Source: Candidatus Bathyarchaeota archaeon
Lineage (GTDB): Archaea > Thermoproteota > Bathyarchaeia > Bathyarchaeales > Bathycorpusculaceae
Length of the DNA stretch: 64,000 nt
Assembly (NCBI GenBank): GCA_963739305.1
Contig: CAVTZU010000017.1
Coordinates: 1-64,000, forward strand
Direction: 5' to 3'
Part shown: positions 29,304 to 40,109 of the stretch, piece by piece
Layout of the letters: each line of letters starts with the position of its first letter
How positions within the stretch are numbered: position 1 is the first letter of the stretch
Position numbers and translations under genes: made by a program
Notes under the pieces: model-generated
What the model saw: only the letters and a program-made list of their open reading frames with translations
Databases searched by the model: none
Told to the model about the DNA's origin: nothing

Positions 29304-29813
29304 GGTTCTGCAGCGCCTTTCCAACTATAATTTGAAACCAGATTTAAAGTTGCCTATAATTGAACGAGCTTTCAAGGGCACAGTCAATCTGAAATTCTTG
29401 AGAGTTCTTCCTTACAGAAATGATCTGCCTATCGGGAAATACGACTTGATCAAGGCAAAGCCCGAGAAACCATGGGGTGTTCTAAACGATTCCGTGCAAA
29501 ACTGTCCCGACGGACTGGTCCTGGAGAAGACATGGGCAGGCTTGTAACGGTCTACTCATATCGAAGCAGGTACAAAGGTTTGCTCGCTTCGACCTTTCTC
29601 TGTTTCTTCGACGCGTTCTTCATTACGCAGCTGGGCTTACCTGGAACAGTTGCATCGACAGTGTTCAACCTTCATTACCCCGCCCTTTGAAAAGGTTCTT
29701 GGCACATATCTGATTTATGAAGCCCAAATCAATATTCCTGATGCGCCTCGAAGAAACTCAGTGCCACTTCTCAATCACAACTGAGTGTCTATTTATAGTG
29801 TGCAACGCGAATA

Positions 29814-31892
29814 TTGTCTCACGTGGTCAGGTTGCCCGGCAAGGAATTCACAAGCTTCGATGTTGCAGCCATAGTCCGAGAACTCAAAGCTCAGGTTCTC
29901 GCTGCCTTCGTGAGCAACATCTACCAGCTGGACTCGAAGATGGTTTTGTTGAAACTGCACAAGACCGATAGGCCCGCAACCTGGCTGGTACTTGAAGCTG
30001 GAAGACGCATCAACCTGACGGCTTACACCTCCGAGAAGCCCTCGAAACCGCCCGCTTTCTGCATGGCCCTCAGGAAACACCTCCGCAACGCTCGATTGCT
30101 GGATATTGACCAGTACGAGTTCGAACGGGTGCTTGTCTTATCCTTCAAAACTGAAGGAGGCAACATGAAACTAATCTTGGAGCTCTTCGGCGAAGGAAAC
30201 ATCATCCTCGTAAGCGAAAGCGGCCAGATCTCCCAAGCGCTGGTTTACAAGCGGATGCGCGACAGAAACGTCATCCATGGGGAACGCTTCATCTTTGCAC
30301 CTTCGAGCGGCAAGAATCCTCTCAAGGTGGAGAAAGAAACCTTCAGGATAAGCCTGCAATCTCTAGGCAGCGTCGAGGTCGTTCGCGGACTTGCCCGTTT
30401 TCTAAGCATCGGCGGAATGTACGCAGAAGAGGCTCTGATGCGAGCCCATGTTGAGAAGACTAGGCCTTGTGAGCAATTGAGTGAACAAGAAATAGACGCA
30501 GTTCACGAGAGCTTATGGAGCCTGTTGTCCCAAGTGATGAATGGACCTCTCGAACCCTGCATCGTCCTGGATGAATGTGAAAGGCTTGTCGATGTCGTAC
30601 CTTTAAAGCTGTTACGCTACAACACAGAAGCGTACAAGATCCAGACTTACGATACCTTCAATGAAACGTTAGACGTGTTCTACTCGAAGGTTTCGGTCCT
30701 TGAACAGGCTGCCGAGGACGTGAAAGTTGACAAGCTGAAGGCTGAAGTCGAAAGACTTGGAAGAATCATTGCTGACCAGCAGAACGTCGTGACCAGCGGT
30801 CGTTCCCAAGCGGAACATCAAAAACGCCTAGGAGATGCTGTCTATGCACACTTCAGCGAACTTCAAACAGTGCTTGAAAAATTCATACTGAAAGGGAAAA
30901 ACAGCAAAGAACTGAACGACGAAAATGCTCATGTCCTCGCCGAGAAGCAGAAAGGCGTTGTTCCATGGACATTGTTTGAATCGTTTGACAGAAACGAGTA
31001 TGCAGTCAAATTCTGCATAGAAGACTTGCATTTCACGCTAAGTCTACAAAAAACGCCTATTGAAAGCGCCGCCGCATTCTATGAGCAGGGCAAGCGTGCA
31101 AGGCAAAAAATGGAGGGTGCTCAAGCTGCCTTGAACGATTCACTGAAGAGACTTGGAGAGGTTCAAGCAAAAATAAATCAGAAACAACAGGCGGCGCTGG
31201 CAAAACCCGCAGAGGCCATCGAGCAACTTGAGAAGCGCAAGATCAAGCACAAAGAATGGTACGAGAAGTTCAGGTCCTTCGTATCCTCCGACGGCTTTCT
31301 CGTCGTAGCTGGCAAAGACGCCGTCACAAACGAGGTTTTGATCAAAAAGTACACTGACCCTGAAGATGTTGTTTTTCATGCTGACATCGTCGGTGCCCCG
31401 TTTGTCGTGATCAAAACGTCGGGCAAAAAACCTACTGAACAAAGTCTTCGTGAAGCTGGCGAATTTGCTGCCGCCTTTTCAAGGGCGTGGCGTGAAGGCT
31501 TCGCGAGCGTTGACGTCTACTGGGTCAGACCTGAGCAGCTCAGCAAAGGCGGCCCATCTGGCGAATCCGTGGGGCATGGCGCCTTCGTGGTTCGAGGCGA
31601 AAGAAATTGGATGCGTGGAGTCACTCTAAAGGTTGCGGTCGGCGTTATATTCGATCAGGAAACCGGAAATGCGAAAATCTGCGGAGGACCGGTTGAGGCG
31701 GTGAAGGCAAAGACCGCGATTAGCACGGTGATTGTGCCAGGAGATCTGGAAGCAAGGGAATTGATCAAACGTGTCCTGAAGAGTCTGAGTGAGAAGGTCC
31801 CGAAAGAAAAGCGTGAAGCAATCTTTGCTCAGTCATTGGAATCAATCAGGGAATTTGTTCCCTTCTCAAAAGGCACAGTGATGAAAACCTGA
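29814..31892 (+). CDS. rqcH: NEMF/RqcH ribosome quality-control protein (NFACT)
   Basis: FCMALRKHL, ELFGEGN, WYEKFR, GKDAVTNE, FHADIVGAP. Confidence 0.93.
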   Translation: MSHVVRLPGKEFTSFDVAAIVRELKAQVLAAFVSNIYQLDSKMVLLKLHKTDRPATWLVLEAGRRINLTAYTSEKPSKPPAFCMALRKHLRNARLLDIDQYEFERVLVLSFKTEGGNMKLILELFGEGNIILVSESGQISQALVYKRMRDRNVIHGERFIFAPSSGKNPLKVEKETFRISLQSLGSVEVVRGLARFLSIGGMYAEEALMRAHVEKTRPCEQLSEQEIDAVHESLWSLLSQVMNGPLEPCIVLDECERLVDVVPLKLLRYNTEAYKIQTYDTFNETLDVFYSKVSVLEQAAEDVKVDKLKAEVERLGRIIADQQNVVTSGRSQAEHQKRLGDAVYAHFSELQTVLEKFILKGKNSKELNDENAHVLAEKQKGVVPWTLFESFDRNEYAVKFCIEDLHFTLSLQKTPIESAAAFYEQGKRARQKMEGAQAALNDSLKRLGEVQAKINQKQQAALAKPAEAIEQLEKRKIKHKEWYEKFRSFVSSDGFLVVAGKDAVTNEVLIKKYTDPEDVVFHADIVGAPFVVIKTSGKKPTEQSLREAGEFAAAFSRAWREGFASVDVYWVRPEQLSKGGPSGESVGHGAFVVRGERNWMRGVTLKVAVGVIFDQETGNAKICGGPVEAVKAKTAISTVIVPGDLEARELIKRVLKSLSEKVPKEKREAIFAQSLESIREFVPFSKGTVMKT

Positions 31893-31908
31893 CTTATTGA
31901 ATGTTGGC

Positions 31909-31952
31909 ATTGGGCTTTGACGCCTTGTAGCTTACCCTGATTTCTCCTCCAG
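31909..31952 (-). other. 3' arm of the 16S pre-rRNA processing stem
   Basis: ATTGGGCTTTGACG (31909-31922) is the exact reverse complement of 33559-33572. Confidence 0.8.
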
Positions 31953-31978
31953 CCGATTATGCGTGGCTGTCTTTACTT

Positions 31979-33472
<1,494 letters not shown>

Positions 33473-33531
33473 TTGCTCCACTTGATCACAACCAGACATT
33501 CGTTCATCGAATGTACAAACCGCAAATCCGA

Positions 33532-33572
33532 CTGGATTTGGAGGGGATAAACCACATTCGTCAAAGCCCAAT
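33532..33572 (-). other. 5' arm of the 16S processing stem with bulge-helix-bulge-like motif
   Basis: Pairs with 31909-31952; central CUCC/GGAG 4-bp helix with AAA bulges on both strands. Confidence 0.7.
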
Positions 33573-33741
33573 TCAGACCTAACGAAGTTAACGTGTCAGG
33601 TCCACATTCATGTCTCCGCAACTGGAGGCCACATCCTCATTCCATATGGCGACTTTGCGCCGTTAAGGTTGGATTTGAGCCGCCGCCATGAAAATTGCGG
33701 AGCTTACTAATTGCCAAAATGACATGAGGGCAGTCGTGCAG

Positions 33742-33754
33742 ATATAAACGTTTC
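33742..33754 (-). promoter_or_regulatory. BRE/TATA promoter of the 16S rRNA gene
   Basis: Minus strand GAAACG-TTTATAT about 270 bp upstream of mature 16S. Confidence 0.6.
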
Positions 33755-33784
33755 TTTCTTGCCCTACGTATTGTGTTTGCCTTA

Positions 33785-34540
33785 TCAACAGTCTTCAACT
33801 AACGCAAGAATTTCTTTCAAGCTTTTGACAACGTTGTCAGGAACAGCTTCTTCTTGGGCTTCTGGTAGTTCGTACGAAAGCGGCGTCGAACCTTTCGGTG
33901 GGGGCGGTCTCTTGATGAGGACAGTCTTTAATCCAACGGCATTCGCGCCTTTGATGTCGATTCCCGGCGTGTCCCCGACGAAAATGGCTTCATGAGGCTT
34001 CAGACCTAGAGTTTCTAGCGCTTTCTCGAATATTTCAGGGCTGGGTTTACGCTTGTTTATAGCGCCTGAGATGACAATCACGTCAAAGTAATTGTCCAAG
34101 TGGAACTTCTCAAAGATCTTTGGAACGCATTCGGGTATGGAAAGGTTGGAAACTATGCCTAGCTTGTACTTGCCTTGCAGCTGTTTCAACACGTACTCAG
34201 CGTCTTCGTCTGGTCTTGTGTACGTGATAAACTCCTTGCAGAAAGCGTCTGAGGCTTCCTGAACTGTGGGATGGGAAGCTTCTAGTTCGTATCCGAGTTT
34301 CTGAAGCGTTTTTGAAACTCTTATGTTGAAATGTGGATCTTCGAGGGTCCTGTTTGTCTCTTCGTACAGTTTGTCACGGACTTCGAAGTAGGCTCGAACA
34401 AACTCTTCGAAAGTAACGTTGATTTCGTTTTTTACAAGGGAATCGTGAAGTTTTTTCAAGGAAGGCATGTAAAAGGCATCTTCATTCTCAAGCAGCACGA
34501 GCGTGTTGAAGAGGTCGAAAAGAACTGCTTTCACTTGCAT
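33785..34540 (-). CDS. HAD-superfamily hydrolase
   Basis: FDLFNTL, IVSN, KP, FVGDT..DI. Confidence 0.9.
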   Translation of the reverse strand: MQVKAVLFDLFNTLVLLENEDAFYMPSLKKLHDSLVKNEINVTFEEFVRAYFEVRDKLYEETNRTLEDPHFNIRVSKTLQKLGYELEASHPTVQEASDAFCKEFITYTRPDEDAEYVLKQLQGKYKLGIVSNLSIPECVPKIFEKFHLDNYFDVIVISGAINKRKPSPEIFEKALETLGLKPHEAIFVGDTPGIDIKGANAVGLKTVLIKRPPPPKGSTPLSYELPEAQEEAVPDNVVKSLKEILALVEDC

Positions 34541-34728
34541 TTCAGGAACCTTCACTTTAAGAGTTTCACGTTGTGGATAAAAAGAGTTGTCGAAGACCAC
34601 GTGCGTCTGCAACGCAGCTATCGTGGTAGTTGGCTAACACTTACAAGTTAGCTTTTTTGGTTGTTTTCCGTGTAACATTTTACCGTGAAGCTTATATGAT
34701 GTATTGCGACATGATATATTGATCCGCT

Positions 34729-34839
34729 ATGAAACCCTTCCCGAAAAGTGAAGAAATTCGTTGGCAAGTATTGAAAGCCATGATTGACGAATTTCCTACA
34801 CTCAAAGAAAAGGCGAAAGAATACCTCAAAGTGCAATAA
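34729..34839 (+). CDS. Unannotated 36-aa small protein
   Basis: MKPFPKSEEIRWQVLKAMIDEFPTLKEKAKEYLKVQ; TTATAT about 30 bp upstream; amphipathic helical pattern. Confidence 0.55.
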   Translation: MKPFPKSEEIRWQVLKAMIDEFPTLKEKAKEYLKVQ

Positions 34840-34919
34840 TCGATCAACTAGGTTGAACCTGTGCCTAACCTAATTGAACTCTTCGTCCAAGATTCTTAAG
34901 AAAAGTCGGGAGGTAGGGT

Positions 34920-35273
34920 CTAGATCATGTTCTGGTTTTTCCTGAGAAGGTGTGGAGGAGGAATTCTGATTCCATTCTTGCAGTTGCTGTCTTCATCATT
35001 CCTGAGCAGTTCATTGATTCCGCGGTAACGCTGCAGAAAATCCAATCCTTTTTCAGTTGCCCTGTACATCTCTCTATCATTCATCAGCACCTTTTCCAAC
35101 AGGTTGATTTGCAACATGAACCTCAAATAGTCGTTCAGTTGCGTGAAGCTCAAGTTAGCCCGGTACATTATCTGCGTCTTCAAGGATCCATCCCTGGCGA
35201 TCTCCAAAATCTCCGAAACAATGTAGAGCTTGTCCCTTCTCTTCGAAGTCGGATTTGAACCCCATGGATTCAT
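34920..35273 (-). CDS. Winged-helix transcriptional regulator
   Basis: RRDKLYIVSEIL...KTQIMYRANLSF..LNDYL...YRATEKG. Confidence 0.88.
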   Translation of the reverse strand: MNPWGSNPTSKRRDKLYIVSEILEIARDGSLKTQIMYRANLSFTQLNDYLRFMLQINLLEKVLMNDREMYRATEKGLDFLQRYRGINELLRNDEDSNCKNGIRIPPPHLLRKNQNMI

Positions 35274-35450
35274 TTTCTATATTCCTCTTTTAGAAGTGTT
35301 TTCTGTAATAGAACGAGGCTCACGTTTTCTTAAGCAGTGTTTCGACCATGAAGCTATGTCGAGAATTGAAATATTCTCTAGAACAAACCTCTAGAAGTGA
35401 ACAAGACTCTGCGTAGACCTTATTTTCAACGAATGACAGAATTCAATGCG

Positions 35451-35989
35451 GTGACCTTTACGCTCGTGGGACTGATGTCTGATACGACACGATAATCTTC
35501 CGTTGATTGATAAAGCAGTCAAGAAGCTCAATCAGATGGACGTTGAATTGGTTCTTCATGCAGGGGACTACGTGGCGGGATTTGTTGTTCCGAGGTTGAA
35601 GGAAGTGAAATGCTAGACTCATCGGTGTTTTCGGCAACAACGATGGCGACCGTGAACTGCTCAGGAGAAGATTCGGTGAATATCCGAATCTGGAGTTGCG
35701 CGGTAACTTTGCAGAAATCGCGGCTAAAGGTTACAAGATCGCACTGTTGCACGGAAGCGACGAAGAGCTTATGGAGTCATTGATCGCAGGTGGAAACTAT
35801 GATTTTGTCGTTCATGGGCACACGCACACTGCAGAAACGTACCGAAAGGCCAAGACTCTGGTCGTGAATCCAGGTGAGGTTTGCGGTTATCTGACGGGCA
35901 GGGCAACTGTCGCCTTGCTTGACACGAACAAACGGCAAGCTAAAATCGTGGAACTCAATAGTCATTTCAGAAAGAGTCCAAACGAGTGA
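35451..35989 (+). CDS. YfcE/MJ0936-family metallophosphoesterase (two +1 frameshifts near 35487 and 35610)
   Basis: Reconstructed SDTHDN, HAGD, GNNDGD, HGHTH, NPGE motifs. Confidence 0.85.
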
Positions 35990-36884
35990 AGAAGAACCTG
36001 TCGCCGTAAGTTCTTGCAAATGAAGCATGTTCATTGAGCGGCTTGAACATCATCACTGCGTAGCCTCTTCTTAGGGTCATGTAGCCACGTGACCCGTAGA
36101 CCTCTAGTAATTCTGAGTCTAAGACTGCTCTGTCGTAGACTGGTCCTCTCGTTTGTTTTTCGATGATGTCCAAAAATTTGCACTTCTGTTCTTGATTTAG
36201 TGCGACGAGTTCTCTTATCCACGTTCCAGTCTTTTCGTTTCTGAATATCACGTATCCTTTCTCATCGATTATGCAGTGTTTTGTTTTTATTCCTTCGATC
36301 TTCTTGAGCATCTTGAGGTATGCTCTGTCTCTGACGACAAGGCCAGTTCTTTCCTTGACAAATTGGTCGTAGATTTTAAGTATCTCATCAGGGTTGAACA
36401 CTGTAAATGTCTCTTTTCTCGATCTTTTTGTTCTATTCTCACGGAATGCTTTGTAGGCCGTAGGGTACTCGACGAGATCCGAGTAGCCTAGGTGCAGATA
36501 GAGCGAATGAGCAATTAGTGAAGGGCTTGTCGACAAGAGGGAAAACCTGTAGTGTTTTTCGCTGAAGTGTTCATGTGCTTTTTTCATCAGAGTAGTACAA
36601 ACGCCTTTTCTTGTGCAACCAGGGAGTGTTGCCACACCATATAATCCGCCCACGTGTTCTATGTTTCCATTCACCGTTCGCGTTTTCAATTCCATCACCC
36701 CTACGTGTCCGATTATCCTATCGTTATCGACCGCGCAGAAACTCACAGGCCCGTTCTTTACTCTAGGGTCTATTTTGATGAAGTCGTCGAATTGTTTTTG
36801 GTTGAAAACCCAGTTGAAAGCGTGATCCAGGAGCGGTACCAGTCCGTTCTTCGATTCTAGTTCCCTGTAGGTTTGTATCTTCAT
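35967..36884 (-). CDS. GNAT acetyltransferase (Eis-like)
   Basis: GVATLPGCTRKG acetyl-CoA motif, LYLHLGY. Confidence 0.8.
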   Translation of the reverse strand: MKIQTYRELESKNGLVPLLDHAFNWVFNQKQFDDFIKIDPRVKNGPVSFCAVDNDRIIGHVGVMELKTRTVNGNIEHVGGLYGVATLPGCTRKGVCTTLMKKAHEHFSEKHYRFSLLSTSPSLIAHSLYLHLGYSDLVEYPTAYKAFRENRTKRSRKETFTVFNPDEILKIYDQFVKERTGLVVRDRAYLKMLKKIEGIKTKHCIIDEKGYVIFRNEKTGTWIRELVALNQEQKCKFLDIIEKQTRGPVYDRAVLDSELLEVYGSRGYMTLRRGYAVMMFKPLNEHASFARTYGDRFFFTRLDSF

Positions 36885-36973
36885 TTCTGAATGTCCCTTT
36901 CATTCGTGAAGGCTTGTTCAATAAAAGGATTGACTTTCGGAAAGGTTCTTAATGGTTATTCGTGGGGTTTTTC

Positions 36974-37903
36974 TCAGTTCTTGTTGAAAGGCTCTCTTCT
37001 CTGGTTTGCTAACCTGAACAGTCCTGCCAACTGCTCATCACTCGCTCCGTTTCTGAGCGGTGTCACGAAGTCTATTAGGTTATCGTTCCTCATTAAGCAC
37101 GGCTTCAGTTTTCCATCGCTCGTTATGCGTAAGCGACTACAGTGAAGACAGAATTCTGTATTCTCCATCGGACGCACGAGTTCTATTGAAACGTTGGGCA
37201 GATGGTACACATGTCGGTTTTGCATGTAGTGTCGTGTTTCGATTTTCACGGCCTTTTCCTTCAGGATTTCTCCGAACCTGTCCAGAGGCTCATGGTTTGC
37301 TTCGTAGAAACAATCGTTCATGTTGATCGGTTCAAGCTCTATGAGTTGAAGGATGGTTCCGGTTTCTGCAGCAAACTCGATCATCTCAGGGACAGAGGAG
37401 ACGTTTATGCCTCGTAAGAGAAGCATGTTGAGTTTCACTGGCGATAGGCCGCCTGCGACAGCAGCCCTTACTCCTTTGACAGTGTCTTGCACGTTTCCGC
37501 CCGTCAGCTTGTGAAAGCTTTCTTTGTTCAGTGTTGGAAGGCTTATGTTCACTCGTTTCAGTCCGCTTTCATGCAGCTCATGGGCCAGAGGTTCCAAGAG
37601 TGTTCCGTTCGTCGTCATCGAGACGTCCGTCAAGCCCGGAATATACGCGACTTTTCCAACGATATCGACAATGTCCCTTCGCATCAAGGGTTCTCCACCC
37701 GTGATCTTAATTCCCTTTACTCCCAGCTTCACTGCAATTCTCACAATTCGGACGATTTCATCAACGGTCATTTCGTCATTGATGTGTTCAGCTTGTTTTT
37801 CTTCCCCTTCGCCATGACAGAAATAGCATCGTAGATTGCATTTCCTTGTAATCGCCACCCGAAGATTGAGGAGCGGTCTGCCACAATTGTCCGTAAGAAC
37901 CAT
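36974..37903 (-). CDS. moaA: GTP 3',8-cyclase
   Basis: CNLRCYFC, TGGEP, C-terminal CLHCSRLR...KPC. Confidence 0.95.
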   Translation of the reverse strand: MVLTDNCGRPLLNLRVAITRKCNLRCYFCHGEGEEKQAEHINDEMTVDEIVRIVRIAVKLGVKGIKITGGEPLMRRDIVDIVGKVAYIPGLTDVSMTTNGTLLEPLAHELHESGLKRVNISLPTLNKESFHKLTGGNVQDTVKGVRAAVAGGLSPVKLNMLLLRGINVSSVPEMIEFAAETGTILQLIELEPINMNDCFYEANHEPLDRFGEILKEKAVKIETRHYMQNRHVYHLPNVSIELVRPMENTEFCLHCSRLRITSDGKLKPCLMRNDNLIDFVTPLRNGASDEQLAGLFRLANQRREPFNKN

Positions 37904-38029
37904 CGTTATTCCCGAGCGTGCCTAACGGTGAAAATTGCGTCCTGTAGTATAAAAACTTGTTTAGCATCTGCAGACAATTCCTGCAATGGGTCGACAAACC
38001 TAAGTGTCTGCCCGTTGATTGTACTTTTG

Positions 38030-38395
38030 GTGAACTCGGTGATAGAGATCTTTGTCCGCTCGTTCGCGCCTTATATGGACGTTGAAACCTGCAAAGACAT
38101 GTCTCAGCATCCTTTCTGTGCACCGGAATCGGCTGAAGGCTTAATCAGTGGGGCTCTCTCCAAGTTCAAAGGACGCGTGTTTCCAGAAGCCGATTCAACC
38201 ATTCTGGAACACGTGCTGCAATTAATGGGCAAAACAAACGAGTCTGTCAAGATATATGATCTATCCCGCGTGACTGACAGTTTGAGAGCGATAAGGCGTG
38301 GAATCAGAAGTACCCCTGTCGCAATAATCAACAAAGAGAAATATGAGAGTCTGGAAGAAATCCTGAGGGCTATTTCCAATCTCAAACAGTCTTAA
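38030..38395 (+). CDS. Hypothetical thioredoxin-like protein, paralog 1
   Basis: Aligns by eye with 38469-38831; RGIRSTPVAIIN cis-Pro-like motif. Confidence 0.7.
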   Translation: MNSVIEIFVRSFAPYMDVETCKDMSQHPFCAPESAEGLISGALSKFKGRVFPEADSTILEHVLQLMGKTNESVKIYDLSRVTDSLRAIRRGIRSTPVAIINKEKYESLEEILRAISNLKQS

Positions 38396-38468
38396 GGCAG
38401 ACCGTAGAGACTTTGTCATGGCAACAGGCTTAAGCGTTGATAGATGAAAGTATCTATGGGGGATCCCT

Positions 38469-38831
38469 GTGGTTTCATCTTTGATAGAAGTTTTCGTATG
38501 TTCCTACGAGAAAGACATTGATTACGGTCACTATCGAGAAATGTCGCTTCACTGGGAGTGCGGTCTAGCTCAATGGGCTTACGGGGAGCTTGCTGCACAG
38601 TTCAAAGGTCGTATACTGCCAGAGAACGATGTGACCGCTCTACGACACGTTTTTGAGCTGGCGAAAAAAGAGAATAGGCAAGTGAAGGTATATGACACCT
38701 CGCGCATGGGCGACAAAGTCCGGGCAATGAAACGTGGAGTGTTGAAGACGCCCGCTGCAATCATAAATGGGCAACGATATGAGGGTTCAGACGAGATTTT
38801 GCAAGCACTTGCACTTGAACAGCATCCTTGA
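38469..38831 (+). CDS. Hypothetical thioredoxin-like protein, paralog 2
   Basis: FKGRILPE, VKVYD, RGVLKTPAAIING shared with paralog 1. Confidence 0.75.
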   Translation: MVSSLIEVFVCSYEKDIDYGHYREMSLHWECGLAQWAYGELAAQFKGRILPENDVTALRHVFELAKKENRQVKVYDTSRMGDKVRAMKRGVLKTPAAIINGQRYEGSDEILQALALEQHP

Positions 38832-38835
38832 TCCT

Positions 38836-39366
38836 TCATTCGCGTGCATGTTTCACGACGTGCCGAGTTTCAGGCAAAATCAGCTCTTTCATGCACAGTC
38901 TTGCAGCGTTGGGTGAGCCTGGAAGACAGAAAATCGCCTTGCCTTTTGCCACTCCTGCCAGTGCACGAGACATCATTGCCGCGGATCCAATTTCGTCGAA
39001 GCTCAGGCGGCGGAAAATCTCGCCAAATCCCGGCAACACTTTTTCGAGCAAAGGCGAGATTGTCTCGATTGTTACGTCTGAGGCCGCAATTCCAGTGCCG
39101 CCTACGAATATCATCGCGTCTACCGCAGGCGAGCTCAATGCTTGTTTCAGACTCTTTGTGATTAGGTCACTGTCGTCTGGTATAAGGTCTCTCATGGCAA
39201 CTTTGTTTCCAGCTTGTGTGAGAAAAGTCTCGATGAGGTCTCCAGAAATGTCTTCAACTTTTTCTCCCATCTTGGACTGGTTGTATCGAGACGTGCTACA
39301 CGTAAAAACTGCAAATCTGAGTTTCGATGGCGCTTGGGACTTGTGTTTCTTCGAAGTTTCGCTCAT
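38836..39366 (-). CDS. moaB: MoaB/MogA molybdopterin adenylyltransferase
   Basis: STSR, DISG, GGTG...DVTIE, LPGFGEIFR, SRA, LPGS. Confidence 0.92.
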   Translation of the reverse strand: MSETSKKHKSQAPSKLRFAVFTCSTSRYNQSKMGEKVEDISGDLIETFLTQAGNKVAMRDLIPDDSDLITKSLKQALSSPAVDAMIFVGGTGIAASDVTIETISPLLEKVLPGFGEIFRRLSFDEIGSAAMMSRALAGVAKGKAIFCLPGSPNAARLCMKELILPETRHVVKHARE

Positions 39367-39821
39367 TTACCATGGTCCTTCTTACTGCCTTTTTTGATTT
39401 TCTTCGCGACACGGATACTTCCAATCTCTGTGGATGGGTACTGACCTTTCTCGTCTTTTTCGTATTGTTTGACCATGTCCCAAATGGTCAGGAGAGCTGT
39501 GGCCGTTGCAGTCAAGGCTTCCATTTCGACTCCAGTTGAGGCTCTTGTTTTGACTTTTGCTGTGGCCCTGATAGTGGTCGGGTTTTCTATTTTCACTTTG
39601 ACTTCAACGTTCGTCAACGGCAGTGGGTGGCAGAGAGGGATTAGATTGCTCGTATTCTTCGCAGCGAGGATTCCTGCTATTTTGGCCGTGTGAACTGGGT
39701 CTCCTTTGGCTATTCTTCCTTCCTTGATCATTGCTGTGGTTTTGGCTTTGAGTTTGATTGTTCCTGTTGCGGTTGCTTCGCGGAAAATTTCAGGTTTTTC
39801 AGACACGTCAACCATCGACAT
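39363..39821 (-). CDS. moaC: Cyclic pyranopterin monophosphate synthase
   Basis: MVDVSEK, LIPLCHP, TGVEMEAL, WDMVK. Confidence 0.96.
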   Translation of the reverse strand: MSMVDVSEKPEIFREATATGTIKLKAKTTAMIKEGRIAKGDPVHTAKIAGILAAKNTSNLIPLCHPLPLTNVEVKVKIENPTTIRATAKVKTRASTGVEMEALTATATALLTIWDMVKQYEKDEKGQYPSTEIGSIRVAKKIKKGSKKDHGK

Positions 39822-39836
39822 TTCTGGTTGCCTCTC

Positions 39837-40109
39837 TCATTTGATATTATGGCGTTCCCACACTTCTATTAGATTTTGTACGGCCTTGGCTTTTGCTGAC
39901 TGTTCGTTGTACCTGTACAGCCGAATTCTGCCGAACACCTTGTGCTGGAGTATTCCCTCGTCCTCTAAGATCTTAAGGTGTTTGCTTGCTGAAACATAGT
40001 TGATTTTGAGTCTTCTTGCCAGTTCGGAAGCGTTGAGTTCACCCACATTGAAAAGCGTTTTTAGGATTTTCATTCGGAGCTTTGAAGAAAAAACGTCTTC
40101 GATGTTCAC
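39837..40109 (-). CDS. ArsR-like winged-helix protein
   Basis: FSSKLRMKIL...LNASELARRL...HLKILEDEGIL. Confidence 0.85.
   Translation of the reverse strand: MNIEDVFSSKLRMKILKTLFNVGELNASELARRLKINYVSASKHLKILEDEGILQHKVFGRIRLYRYNEQSAKAKAVQNLIEVWERHNIK

Noticed and set aside
29302-29690. Short ORFs between the EMC6-like gene and rqcH
   Set aside because: No recognisable motifs or translation signals; cannot be supported.
35251-35263. tRNA T-arm-like GGGGTTCAAATCC on the minus strand
   Set aside because: Lies in the first codons of the wHTH gene; no cloverleaf can be built.
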